Source of the DNA: Deltaproteobacteria bacterium
Lineage (GTDB): Bacteria; Myxococcota_A; UBA9160; SMWR01
Direction of reading: 5' to 3'
DNA: 38,596 bases
NCBI GenBank assembly: GCA_032128375.1
Contig: JAQBGU010000170.1
Span: 1-38,596, forward strand
Notes under the pieces: generated by a model
Told to the model about the DNA's origin: nothing
The model's database searches: none
The model's input: the letters and a program-made list of their open reading frames with translations, nothing else
Shown: positions 28,946 to 38,596 of the stretch, piece after piece
Position numbering within the stretch: position 1 is the stretch's first letter
How the letters are laid out: every line of letters begins with the position of its first letter
Made by a program: the position numbers and the translations under genes

Positions 28946-30748
28946 CTACAACTCTGCGAGCATCCGCGCGTACTCCTGATCGAGAGTCGCGAGTCCGCAC
29001 AGCGCGAACACCGCCAGCCAGGCACCGAATAGTGCGATCACCGCGAAGGTCGCTGCGAGATCCCATCCGCTGTGGAGCGGTTTCTGCTGCGGATCGTCCC
29101 AGATCCATAAACAACTTCGCGGATCGCTGAAGAGCATGCGGGAGTGCCCGCTGCGCGCATTGGCCGCGAGCACGCGGTTGATGATGAAGTGCATCAACGT
29201 CTGAACCGCCGAGCGGCGTACCGTCGGTTTCGCGACGACGCGTTCATTCACGACCTGGCCGTCCGGCTTGGTGGTCTGCCGCGTCGTGAGGGTTCCGATC
29301 ACGTGAACGTCGTCGTCGGGAAGCAGCAGACGTTTTTCCGACAGCAGAACCGCACCGTCGACTTCGATGCGAATGCGACCCGTCTCGTCCTCGAGGCTGA
29401 AGCCAAAGCCGGGTCGGTTCTTTTCGACACCCGGGTAGTAGACACAGCGTTCGCCGGTCGATGGGTACTCGACGAACTCCCCTTCCGTGGGCACCACGCG
29501 GCCGCGCAGTGCCACCATCCCCTGGGAGACCGAGCGGATCCGACTGAGCGGCAGCCGGAAGAGCAGGAACCGCAGCTTCAGCAAGCGGAACGACAGCGAA
29601 AAGAGCACGACACCGAGCACGCCAGCCACACATGTCATCGCGACGAAAACCCACGTTTCCACACCCGCTCGTGTCATCTCCAGGGTGGGATCACCGCCGC
29701 TCGGCGGGGCCGTGGCGGCCGCGAACCTCCGGGCACGCAGATCGCGCATGATTTCCGCGATCGCCGGGTCCGCGTCGTTCACCAGCGACTCGATCAGCGG
29801 TTCGAACTCGGGAAACCCATCGCGAAGCTGTTCGCTCGCCGCCCACAAGATGCGGGTGTGCTCGGCGCGCTGTTGCTCGTTCTCTGCCGCGCGATAGCGA
29901 CGCACCAGGTTCTCGAGATCCCACCAGTACAGGTAGCCGAGATCGCTGAAATAGAGGTTGCGGTCGTAGCGGCTCCCCGACGCACTGGGCACGGGTGCGA
30001 GTGCGAGAAGCCGCTCGTAGACCCGGCTGTCTCCCCGCTTCGCGAGTCCAACGAGTGCGGACGAGCGAAGCTTCGGATCCGGGTCCCCTGCGAGCCTAGC
30101 AAAGACATCGATGATGCGTTCGTCGATGACGTCGCGCAGCGACCGGACCAGCGCCGGGCGAAAAACCGGGTCTGGATCGTCGAGATGGAGCAGCAAGCTC
30201 GTAACGAATCGGTCATCTCGAACGCCAGCCGAAAGCTGCTGCGCGTACCACTGCCTCGGACTCCCGGAGTACGGGTCGAGCTCGGGATGGGCGAGCTGGT
30301 AGAGGTCGGAAAGAAACCCCAGAGCGCCCATCCGCTCGTGGGTGCCGGAGGCCAGCAGCTCGACGGCGATCGACACACAGAAATCCTGCGTGCATTTTCG
30401 AAGGCTCTCGATTGCGATGCTGCCCAGGTCGGGGTCGTCGCTCCGAACCCACTTTCCCAGCAGGCGCGCCACGTCTTCCCGATCGATGAAGGGCCGGAGC
30501 TTCTTCGCGAGGATCCGCTTCTCGGCTCCGCCGAGCGGCTCCACGCGGGGTAGCAGTGTGTCGAGTGCGTCCTCGAGCACTTCTTCGTCGCTGGTGAGAA
30601 TCTGGACTGCTCGGACCCAGGTTCCGGGTGCGCCATTCACGATGTCGTCGAGACAACTGGCGAACAGGGAGAGCTGACTCGCTTGTGCGACGCCGCACGA
30701 CAACGACACGACCCACGCGAGCGCGAACGCGGAAGCCAGCCCCTTCAC
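28946..30748 (-). CDS. Signal peptide + HEAT repeats + TM + GIDE-like domain + TM
   Basis: GTG start overlapping the upstream stop. HEAT-like DDPDPVFR..L and GDPDPKLRSSALVGL; LPLSRIRSVSQGMVALRG..PSTGERCVYY..FSLEDETGRIRI..EKRLL.PDDDVHVIG resembles GIDE. Confidence 0.75.
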   Translation of the reverse strand: MKGLASAFALAWVVSLSCGVAQASQLSLFASCLDDIVNGAPGTWVRAVQILTSDEEVLEDALDTLLPRVEPLGGAEKRILAKKLRPFIDREDVARLLGKWVRSDDPDLGSIAIESLRKCTQDFCVSIAVELLASGTHERMGALGFLSDLYQLAHPELDPYSGSPRQWYAQQLSAGVRDDRFVTSLLLHLDDPDPVFRPALVRSLRDVIDERIIDVFARLAGDPDPKLRSSALVGLAKRGDSRVYERLLALAPVPSASGSRYDRNLYFSDLGYLYWWDLENLVRRYRAAENEQQRAEHTRILWAASEQLRDGFPEFEPLIESLVNDADPAIAEIMRDLRARRFAAATAPPSGGDPTLEMTRAGVETWVFVAMTCVAGVLGVVLFSLSFRLLKLRFLLFRLPLSRIRSVSQGMVALRGRVVPTEGEFVEYPSTGERCVYYPGVEKNRPGFGFSLEDETGRIRIEVDGAVLLSEKRLLLPDDDVHVIGTLTTRQTTKPDGQVVNERVVAKPTVRRSAVQTLMHFIINRVLAANARSGHSRMLFSDPRSCLWIWDDPQQKPLHSGWDLAATFAVIALFGAWLAVFALCGLATLDQEYARMLAEL

Positions 30749-33312
30749 GCGACCCTCAACATCTGCGCCAGCCACTGCCGTGCGGCGTGTGAGAGTTCGA
30801 CGTCACACGGAGGGCGCCGCCGCCAGTAGCCGCCAACGAATACGGCACCGAGTGTTGGGTGTCCCGAACGCACATGGCCATTGCGCAGCTGCAACACCAG
30901 ACGAGAGCGGCGGCTGTTGGTCAACAGCAATCCGAACACCAGCGCGGTCGACAGGAAGTGCAGAGCCGCAAACTGCCACAGCGGCGCCCGGCCCCAGTTC
31001 ATGGTGATCAGCGCATAGAGGGGAAGCGCGAGCGCGCACAGCGGGATCGCGAGTCCCGCCGCGGCGGCCATTCCAGCGAAGAGCACCCCGACGCTGGCGC
31101 GTGTGCCCTGTAGGAAGGTCTTGCCCGCGGAGGCAGCCAACACGGCGCGATAGACCCGCACGACTCGGGAGCGGGTGTCGCGTCGATGGACGCTGATCAT
31201 CTCCCGATCGCGCACGACCTCCAGACTCGGATCTGGCATGGGGGGCGGATCCACCGAGCGGGGATGCACGGCGAAGAGCTGTCGCCACTGCCAGAAGACC
31301 AGGCCTACCACCGGAGCGAGCATCCAGAGTGCGAGCGGCCCGCTCGAAACCCCGCTGCCCGACAGCCCGGACGCGTACTCGAACACCGCTACACCGACGA
31401 ATGACAGCAGTACCGTAGACAGAACGGTGGCCATCCAACGCGTGCTGCGGGTCGAACGCGGGATGATGTGGCGCGGCAGCAGGTATTCCTCGAGGAGCAG
31501 AATCGAACACACCAGCGAGTAAGCGCAGAAAAGAGAGAAGTACAGCCCGTTCGAGAACGCGCGATGCATGCTCTCGGCGAGGATGGGCGTTCCGAAGTAG
31601 AGAAGCGATGGCACCACGAGCCAGAGGCTCGCCCCCGCCATGCGACCGAAGCGACTTCCCGCTCGACCGGGTTCGTTCGATCCGCGTTCCATGAACAAAT
31701 AGCCGAGCAACAGGAAGAGCGTGATTCCGATGTTGTATCGGTAAAAGCCTTCGTCGTAGTCGACGACCAGAAACGCGCCCAGGAGGCAGATTGCGATCAG
31801 GAAATGCAATGTCGTGTGAAAGCGGTAGAGCTCGAAAGCGCGCGCGAGGTTGAATACCAGGAAGAAGCCGAAGATGAGCGCGAACACCAATGCCACGTAG
31901 TGAAGAGCCGCGAAGGGATGTGAAAGGCTCATCGGGAGGCGAAGCGACTTCGAGATCCATGCGTAGAGCCACTCCTGCGCGGCGACACGGTCGGATTCTC
32001 CATCGCGCTGCACGAGGTCGTGCATCGCGTAGTAGAGTTCGTACTTGTCGCGCAAGAAACGCGCGCGGGCCGCTTGCTGCGCAACGCCGCCCTTCCCGTC
32101 GCGACTCTTGCGCTCGAGCCACCCATCCACTCGCCGGCTGGGCACCGGGAGCAGGGCTTCGACCGTGGTCTGCTGGACTTCCGGATCCGGATGATCCAGG
32201 AATGGCTCGAGCAACGCGTAGCCGTGGATTCGTCCGTATCGCCCGAGGGCCGCAACCAGCTCACGCGGTTCTGGCCACAGCAGCGTCGGCTCCAGCGCAC
32301 GTACCGCAGACGGCGTGTCGAGGCGCGCCAGGGCGACCCCGGCTTCATCGCGGAGCGTCGGTGTCGCGAGAAGACTCTCGAGTAGCGGGACGACGCGCGG
32401 ATCTTCGGCGGCCTGTGCATCGCTGAAATAGGCTTCGATCAAGCGCTGCTGTTCGAAGACGTTGCCGGTGGGGAAACTCGCGAGTGCTGCATCGATGCCG
32501 AGAGAGACCTCGATCCGATCGATCGCCTTCGCCGCGTACTGTTGGATTCCGCTGTCGGTGTGAGAGAGATACCGGTCGAGAATCGGAAGCGCGGCCGGAT
32601 CTTTCGCATGTGCGAGACCGCGCAGAATGGCGACCGTGTAGCCGCGCCCGTCGCGCTCCGGCGAGTCGACGAGCGGAAGCTGTTCGATCAGGAATGGGTG
32701 CGCGCCCAGCTTCCCCAGATTGACATAGAAGCGCGTTGGTATCCCGGGAATGCGGGTGCGCCCCGCGTACCGCTCAGCGCGTCGTCGCTCATCGAATTCG
32801 TACCAGGCCAGCAGGTCCGGGACGACTTCTCGAACACCAATCTCTCCGATCGCGTCCAATATCGCGTCGCGTCCGACGTCGCGCACCGAATCGTCGTAGA
32901 GCTTGCGTACCAGTTTCGATGCCGCAGCTTCGTGACCGATGGCGCCGAGCGATTCGGCGATTCCGGGGTGGTACTTCCAAGCCATCGGCCGTTGATCCTC
33001 CAGCGCATCCATCAACAGCGGTGCCACCGCTTCGCCCCACGCCAGCATGCGTGTTTTCGCGAAATGATTCACGCCACGGTCGGCGTGGCACGACAAGCGC
33101 TCGAACGCCGATGCGTATGCGCGCCGTGTGAGCGGGGGCGCCGGATATCCGCGCTTTTCGGTCAGCGCCACGTCGATGACGAACCACAGGTCGGACGCGG
33201 CCTGTGGGAGCGAGCGATGTTGGTCCCAGATTCCCGCTGCACGCAGGAACGCGACGACTGCACCCGTCACGAGCAGAGTCAGAACGGCCAGGGTGATCGC
33301 TGTCCGCCTCAT
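30745..33312 (-). CDS. HEAT/PBS-repeat polytopic membrane protein
   Basis: N-terminal anchor; many AESLGAIG / LDHPDPEVQ-type repeats; then roughly 9-10 hydrophobic helices. Confidence 0.78.
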   Translation of the reverse strand: MRRTAITLAVLTLLVTGAVVAFLRAAGIWDQHRSLPQAASDLWFVIDVALTEKRGYPAPPLTRRAYASAFERLSCHADRGVNHFAKTRMLAWGEAVAPLLMDALEDQRPMAWKYHPGIAESLGAIGHEAAASKLVRKLYDDSVRDVGRDAILDAIGEIGVREVVPDLLAWYEFDERRRAERYAGRTRIPGIPTRFYVNLGKLGAHPFLIEQLPLVDSPERDGRGYTVAILRGLAHAKDPAALPILDRYLSHTDSGIQQYAAKAIDRIEVSLGIDAALASFPTGNVFEQQRLIEAYFSDAQAAEDPRVVPLLESLLATPTLRDEAGVALARLDTPSAVRALEPTLLWPEPRELVAALGRYGRIHGYALLEPFLDHPDPEVQQTTVEALLPVPSRRVDGWLERKSRDGKGGVAQQAARARFLRDKYELYYAMHDLVQRDGESDRVAAQEWLYAWISKSLRLPMSLSHPFAALHYVALVFALIFGFFLVFNLARAFELYRFHTTLHFLIAICLLGAFLVVDYDEGFYRYNIGITLFLLLGYLFMERGSNEPGRAGSRFGRMAGASLWLVVPSLLYFGTPILAESMHRAFSNGLYFSLFCAYSLVCSILLLEEYLLPRHIIPRSTRSTRWMATVLSTVLLSFVGVAVFEYASGLSGSGVSSGPLALWMLAPVVGLVFWQWRQLFAVHPRSVDPPPMPDPSLEVVRDREMISVHRRDTRSRVVRVYRAVLAASAGKTFLQGTRASVGVLFAGMAAAAGLAIPLCALALPLYALITMNWGRAPLWQFAALHFLSTALVFGLLLTNSRRSRLVLQLRNGHVRSGHPTLGAVFVGGYWRRRPPCDVELSHAARQWLAQMLRVA

Positions 33313-33321
33313 GTCAGATTT

Positions 33322-33894
33322 CTATACCCGAGCTGGCTCGCGCTCGGCGGGATTTGTTTCCAGCAGCATCCGATCCCGATAGCCAAGCGGTCGTGCGATC
33401 AAGCATGAAGGGAAGAGCTGCGTGTATTCGTTGTAGCTCGTCACACTGTTGTTGTAGTGCTCGCGCCGATCCGCGATGGACGTCTCCAGCTGACTGAGAC
33501 GGGCGCTGAGCTGTTGGAAATGCGCGGACGCCTGGATCTCTGGATAGGCCTCGACGCGTGCAGACACGAGTGCAACCGCCCGGTCGAGTTCGTTGGCGGT
33601 AGCCACCCGCGCTCCGGTCTTGCCGTCGGCGGGGAGTGCGAGATAGCGGGCCCTCAGGGCCGTCACACTGTCGAGTAGCTTGGCTTCGAACTTCGCATAG
33701 CCACGACAGATTTCGACCAACGCCGGAATCTCGTCGTGACGTTGCTTCAGCAACACATCGACGTTCGCGAAACTGCGATCGCACTCGCGGGAAAGGAAGA
33801 CGAGCTGATTGAATACAGAGACACAGTAGAGCGCGAGCGCAAGCGCTGCGAAGATCAACACGCCACTGGCGATCGCCGACGAGACCACGGACAT
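33322..33894 (-). CDS. lemA: LemA family protein
   Basis: N-terminal TM; FNQLV, NVDVLLKQRHDEIPALV..GYAKFE, EAYPEI.A and IADRREHYN..V..YN...FPS. Confidence 0.93.
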   Translation of the reverse strand: MSVVSSAIASGVLIFAALALALYCVSVFNQLVFLSRECDRSFANVDVLLKQRHDEIPALVEICRGYAKFEAKLLDSVTALRARYLALPADGKTGARVATANELDRAVALVSARVEAYPEIQASAHFQQLSARLSQLETSIADRREHYNNSVTSYNEYTQLFPSCLIARPLGYRDRMLLETNPAEREPARV

Positions 33895-34007
33895 GGTGCC
33901 GGTATCGGCATTTCGGAGCCGCGGCCTAACGCGGTGCGACCAGAGTGGATCGCCGCAGTGTAGCCAAAAAGCCCCGATAGGCTACGTCGTCGCCTACCGC
34001 TCGCGGG

Positions 34008-35288
34008 TCACGGTTTCTGTTGTGGATCGTGGGTCGCAGAAAGCATCGGCTTGCCGGCCTCGTATCGTCGCGCGGAAGACTCGAAGAGCGCTTTCGAAAC
34101 GTAGGGCGCGACTTCTCGGGCGCGCACCCGGCAGAGCAGCACTTTCAGTTCCCGCGCGTCGCTGATGAGCGCGTCGTCGCCGGGTGCCATAGCGAGAAGG
34201 TCGACGACATGGAGCGCGGCCTGGGTCTGGCCCGCGTCGGCGAGTTGCTTGGCGTTGTCGAGCACGGCCTGTTTGTCGACGATGGCATCGGCGACGGCCC
34301 GCGCGGCGTCGGTTGGCAACAACGGATGCAGCGAAGTCGGATTGCGATCCGCCCACCATCCGTTCTGTTCGCGATAGATGTCGCGAATGATGTACTCGGC
34401 CGCTCCGTAGATCGGCTGCATGTAGGGATGATCGAAGAGTCGCTTGGGCGGATCGATGGCGTGAACGATCTCGGTGTCGGTCATGCCAGCATTCATCCGC
34501 TGCGTCACCTCCTCGAGCAGCCATCGCAACGCGCCGGCCATGGTCATGAGCTGGGTCTCGATTGCGGCGCGCGGCGCGGTTACCGGACCGAACTCCTGCA
34601 CCATGTGCTCCGCGCCGAGACTCGCGAGGCTTTCGAGCGTTTCCGCCCAACGCAGTGTGAAGCGCTGCGTGCGCAACGGCGTGCCGATATTGGGAATCGA
34701 AGCACCCGGCACGGCCGCGCTGCCATAGAGCACCTTTGCATCCGGCACCCAGAGTGCCAGCGTGTCATCGGTCTCGGATGGCGCCCAGAGCAACTCGACT
34801 CTTCGCTCCGACCCTTCGATCGCCATCCGCTCGCTGAAGACTTCGGTCGGATCCGACATGACCGGATCGAGCGGCACCGGGAACTGCGGAAACTGCATCT
34901 GATTGAGCTTCTGCTGCAGCCCATTGGTCACGCGATACCGCGCATATCGAATGGGCAGATTCTCCTGCGCAATCAACCGGGGCCGCGGATCACCCCGACC
35001 TTCGTTGTGTTCGAGCCATTGCGGAATCCCGGCGTTGTATCCGCCGTGACCGTGCGAATAGCAGATGGCCTTGACCGGCTTGTCGCTGAATTCGCGCAGC
35101 GTTTCGATCATGGCGCGGGTCACGGGACCGCCGGGCCCGCTGTCGACCAGTACGATTCCGTCACCGACATCAACGGAAAGGCAATTGCCCTGCCCAGGGA
35201 GAATGTGGATGCCTTGCGTGACCTCCTTGACCCCCTCGGTACCACCCAACATGTTGGCAACCTGGAAACGCTTCTTTTTGTCAGCCAT
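34008..35288 (-). CDS. MBL-fold alkyl-sulfatase-like protein with dimerisation domain
   Basis: VLVDSG, SHGHGGYN, APSETDD, PNIGTPLR and YG..IIRDIY..GWW.DRNPTSLHP. Confidence 0.8.
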   Translation of the reverse strand: MADKKKRFQVANMLGGTEGVKEVTQGIHILPGQGNCLSVDVGDGIVLVDSGPGGPVTRAMIETLREFSDKPVKAICYSHGHGGYNAGIPQWLEHNEGRGDPRPRLIAQENLPIRYARYRVTNGLQQKLNQMQFPQFPVPLDPVMSDPTEVFSERMAIEGSERRVELLWAPSETDDTLALWVPDAKVLYGSAAVPGASIPNIGTPLRTQRFTLRWAETLESLASLGAEHMVQEFGPVTAPRAAIETQLMTMAGALRWLLEEVTQRMNAGMTDTEIVHAIDPPKRLFDHPYMQPIYGAAEYIIRDIYREQNGWWADRNPTSLHPLLPTDAARAVADAIVDKQAVLDNAKQLADAGQTQAALHVVDLLAMAPGDDALISDARELKVLLCRVRAREVAPYVSKALFESSARRYEAGKPMLSATHDPQQKP

Positions 35289-35667
35289 GAACTCCTTCTC
35301 CACCCTTCGCCGCTGCGATACTCCACCCGGCCGCGCGACGAACGAAATCCGACCCGAACCCGCTGCAGCAAGTTCCGAACTTCCGTTGTCCTAAAGCCGG
35401 GCCGACGACGCTGCGAGTGCGTGCGCGGGCCCGACGCAGAACTCAGACAGAACAGGGTTCCCGCGACCGCAACTCGGGAATTCCATCCACTCTACACGAT
35501 GCGTCCGGTGAGCGGGTGAAGGCAGTCGGAACACCGGGAGATCGGAATTCGTCCGGTCCGATCTTCCGGACTTCCGGCGGGTTGCGGCGCCGATCGGGAC
35601 GCTTCGCGGTGAGAAGCGCAATTCGAACGGTTCGATGGACTGGGTATCGGAGCCCGCCGATCCCGTG

Positions 35668-36348
35668 TCAGCCAGCGAGTTCGCTTTCGATCGCGCCGCG
35701 AAGAGCCGCGAGACAGGCTGAGCGCAACTTCAGCTTCGTGGCGGCGTGGGCCGCGTAGTCGATCGATGTCAGTGCCTCAGCGACTTCTCGACTCCGTTGC
35801 GGCAATCGATTCGGATCCACCACCTCGTCGAGGAACCCGGCGACGACCGCCTCTTCGGGGCCGTACATGTCGCCTGTCACCGCGCGGTGGAAGTAGGCGG
35901 GCGCGAGCCGCTGACGCGCGATCTCGATGGCAAACAGGGGCAACGTCATCCCGATCGCGACTTCGTTCATGCCGATCCGAAAATCACCCGCGCACCCAAG
36001 GCGACGGTCAGCCGAGAGCATCAAGAACGCGCCCATCGGGAACGCATGCCCGCTACAGGCAGTCACCACCGGGAACGGAAACGACAAGATGCGCTCGGCA
36101 AGCGTGGCTCCCAGCCGCAGCATCGTGAGCGTCGGCTCGCGCCCCTGCGGGAAGACCGTCATGTCGAAACCCGCGGAGAAGATGCCCTTTCGGCCGCTGA
36201 GGAGCACGACGCCAGCGTCGGCCTCGGCGCGATCGAAACACGCATGAAGTTCCTCCAGCATCGGAATCGACAGCGCGTTCGCTTTGCCATCGTCCATCTC
36301 GAACTCGGCGATTCCGTTCGCAAACGCATAGGTCACCAGGGGGGTCAT
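35668..36348 (-). CDS. Crotonase / enoyl-CoA hydratase-isomerase family protein
   Basis: MDDGKANAL, FSAGFD, GHAFPMGA and IGMNEVAIG; AGGAG RBS before ATG 36348. Confidence 0.92.
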   Translation of the reverse strand: MTPLVTYAFANGIAEFEMDDGKANALSIPMLEELHACFDRAEADAGVVLLSGRKGIFSAGFDMTVFPQGREPTLTMLRLGATLAERILSFPFPVVTACSGHAFPMGAFLMLSADRRLGCAGDFRIGMNEVAIGMTLPLFAIEIARQRLAPAYFHRAVTGDMYGPEEAVVAGFLDEVVDPNRLPQRSREVAEALTSIDYAAHAATKLKLRSACLAALRGAIESELAG

Positions 36349-36383
36349 GGGTGGTCTCCTTTTTTCCGACATCGGTTCCGTAC

Positions 36384-36433
36384 TAGACCGATCGTCATAA
36401 TCTGGATATGATATAGACCAATCGTCATAATCT
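36384..36433. promoter_or_regulatory. Two TetR-type operator copies between divergent genes
   Basis: TAGACCGATCGTCATAATCT (36384-36403) and TAGACCAATCGTCATAATCT (36414-36433), 30-bp period. Confidence 0.75.
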
Positions 36434-36455
36434 TCAAGTCCCCCCGGAGAACGCC

Positions 36456-37022
36456 GTGGCCAACGCCGCCAAGCACAAGCACAACCTGGTCCGATCTGCG
36501 GTCCGGCTGTTTCGCCGACAGGGTTATTCCGCAACCGGCGTACAACAGATCCTGGAGCTGAGCGCGGCACCCAAGGGATCGCTGTATCACTACTTTCCAG
36601 ACGGAAAAGAAGCCATCGGAGAAGCAGCGGTCGAACTTGCCGGAGCCATGGTCGCCGACACGCTCGAACAGCTGGCAGCGAAACACGGGTCGCCGTCGGC
36701 GTTCCTGGCCGCGTATTTCAAACAGTACGCAGACTGGATGGAAGAATCGGATTTCCAGTCGGGATGCCCGATCGCGACGACGCTCCTCGAAACGGCCCCG
36801 CTTTCCGAACCGATCACAGCTGCCGGCGTGGCCGCAGTCGACTCCTGGATCGAGATCATCGCATCGGTTTTCAAGAGGTCGGGCATCGAGACCCGCATGG
36901 CGAGACAGCGTGCGGAGCTGGTGATCGCATCGCTCGAGGGCTCACTGATCCTCTCGCGCATTCGCCGATCGAAGACTCCAATCCTGAATGTGGGGCGCGC
37001 GCTCTCGAAGCTCGTCGACTGA
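36456..37022 (+). CDS. TetR family regulator (LmrA/YxaF-like)
   Basis: LFRRQGYSATG..APKGSLYHYFP.GKE HTH; GCPIA and LEGSLILSR C-terminal motifs. Confidence 0.93.
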   Translation: MANAAKHKHNLVRSAVRLFRRQGYSATGVQQILELSAAPKGSLYHYFPDGKEAIGEAAVELAGAMVADTLEQLAAKHGSPSAFLAAYFKQYADWMEESDFQSGCPIATTLLETAPLSEPITAAGVAAVDSWIEIIASVFKRSGIETRMARQRAELVIASLEGSLILSRIRRSKTPILNVGRALSKLVD

Positions 37023-37183
37023 GGTCCGAAGCCGTGGGGCGGAGAGTCAGATGTGGGTCAGGCGTACGGATCGATGGACATCGCGGCGCGCGACGGATGA
37101 TGCGTCACAAATCGCTCGTGCAAACTCCCGGGAGCGGGTGGCCAACGCTTGCCATCGCGGCATCATTGGATCGGGGAGGGTCA

Positions 37184-37910
37184 GTGAGCGAGCTGAATTT
37201 CGGGCGGCTGCTGCGCCGCGGGAAACTACGCCGGGCAACCGGCCGTGAAGGACCTGGCGGGCGGACACGAGGCCAGCTTCGCAGAGCATCTCAACCGCGT
37301 GCGCCGCCTCTGCGCCGCGCTCGCAAAGCTGGGCGTGACTCCCGCCGATCGAGTCGGTGTTCTGGCGAGCAACAGCCACGCATACATCGAACTGTGGCAA
37401 GCGTGTCTGGCTGGAGCCGGCATCATCAACCCGCTGAACACACGCCTGGCGCCGGACGAGATCGCAACCATCATGAACGACTCGGGCACGGAGGTGCTCT
37501 TCGTCGACGCGACCCATGCCTCGGCGATCGACGAGATCCGTCCTCGCCTGACCAGCCTGCGAACCGTGGTGCTGATCGGTGAGGGCGACGTCCCGCACGA
37601 TGCGGCCTATGAGAATCTTCTCGCGGAGTCCCCGAATTCGGAGCTTCCCCCCGAGCCTGCGCCGAATGCCCCCGCCGTCTTGATGTACACCGGAGTGACC
37701 ACGGGTCTGCCCAAGGGTGTCGCCGCGATCCGAGATGCCCCGGGGCCGACCGGGGTGGAGACATCCTGCGGTGTCGGTCGGCCGTCCGAGTCTCGGGGTC
37801 GAGTTCGCAATCCGACACCCGGAGTCTAACGGGTGAGATCGGCGAGATCTGGCTGCGCTGTGATTCTCTGATGACCGAATATTGGAAGAAGCCCGAACAG
37901 ACCTACGGCG
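37184..37910 (+). pseudogene. Acyl-CoA synthetase (AMP-binding) remnant with frameshifts and internal deletion
   Basis: DRVGVL..N, PLNTRLA..EI and YTGVTTGLPKGV, jumping directly to GEIGEIWLR..YWKKPEQT. Confidence 0.8.
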
Positions 37911-38084
37911 CCGCTCCGATGCCGCCCGAGCTGCTCGCAACACTGATGGAGATCGCCCCAGAACTCGGCTTTGGGCACGAGATCGATGGGGCGTGCCCGA
38001 GGACATCGCTTCGGCGGTCGAACACCTCGAACCCGAGGAATTCAAGCTGATCATCGGGGCATTCTAGCCGCAGCCATTTCTCGC

Positions 38085-38265
38085 TGACACAATCGTGTGA
38101 TAGTGTCGTTTCTGCACCCATCGTCGCGAAGTCGAATACACCGTAGATCGGCAACGCAGCCGAGATCGTCACGCTCGGGTCGTCCGCGAGCGCAATCGCG
38201 GCTGCCGCAGACAGGTTGCCGCACGCCGAATCGCCGCCGACGGCGAGGCGCGTCGCGTCGGGGGC
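38085..38265 (-). pseudogene. Alpha/beta hydrolase (HSL-type esterase) fragment
   Basis: DATRLAVGGDSACGNLSAA..PIYGVFD. Confidence 0.65.
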
Positions 38266-38440
38266 GGTGGAATCAATGGAGTCACCCGATCGAGTAACTC
38301 GCCGCGCTCCATCAAGATGTGGGTCGTGCCGTCGCGCCATTGGGTCTTGAGCTTGTAGGGCGCTCCGCCATACACGCTATCGAGTGCGATGCTGCTAAAA
38401 TGTGGATTCGTGTTGAGAGAGGAGCCGAATCGCTGGATCG
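38266..38440 (-). mobile_element. IS91-like (Y2 HUH) transposase remnant
   Basis: IQRFGSSLNTNPHF..LDSVY joined directly to YKLKTQWRDGTTHILM...ELL...LIPPP, two normally distant motifs. Confidence 0.7.
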
Positions 38441-38566
38441 CACGCGGGCGCGGCGGCGCTGGTCGGCGAAGAGTGCACGCATGAAGGCACGCAGCACCTG
38501 CTGTCGTGCCGAAGGGGATAGACGGGAGCGTCGCTAGCCTCCTCACGCGAACATCAGCAATGCGCT

Positions 38567-38590
38567 ATTATTGATACATGTATAAATAAT
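38567..38590. promoter_or_regulatory. AT-rich 24-bp palindrome, probable operator
   Basis: ATTATTGATACATGTATAAATAAT, 22/24 self-complementary. Confidence 0.6.
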
Positions 38591-38596
38591 GTCCTA

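Noticed and set aside
1..38596. Integron integrase, tRNA/rRNA genes, prophage genes
   Set aside because: No tyrosine-recombinase motifs, cloverleaf or rRNA-like segments, or phage structural genes recognised.

Overview
GC-rich bacterial DNA. PEP-CTERM sorting signals and a DUF1302/DUF1329 pair point to a diderm, possibly Myxococcota/deltaproteobacteria-like host (inference). The window is an accessory mosaic in which intact small operons alternate with IS remnants (IS481-like x5 pieces, IS110, IS5/IS427, ISNCY-like, IS91-like) and broken gene fragments. Intact units are: mscL; cutA; a CHASE2-SH3b-M48 protease operon; NrtR with its operator followed by an MDR oxidoreductase; a small-ORF plus nucleotidyltransferase pair; a GST-like gene; DUF1302-DUF1329; a serine hydrolase; a Tat-signal tandem SagB-type flavoprotein; an O-methyltransferase; a LemA plus two HEAT-repeat membrane protein operon (one with a GIDE-like domain); an MBL-fold sulfatase-like protein; and a divergent crotonase/TetR pair. 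The most notable signals are (i) an IS110 left end encoding a readable bridge RNA whose target guides match the actual flank and predict a GTTAGRC (integron attC core-like) target, (ii) the LemA-HEAT-HEAT/GIDE membrane operon, and (iii) an apparently circularly permuted IS481-like element bracketing a passenger gene. No rRNA, tRNA, CRISPR array or integron integrase was seen. All family assignments are by motif recognition, not database search.
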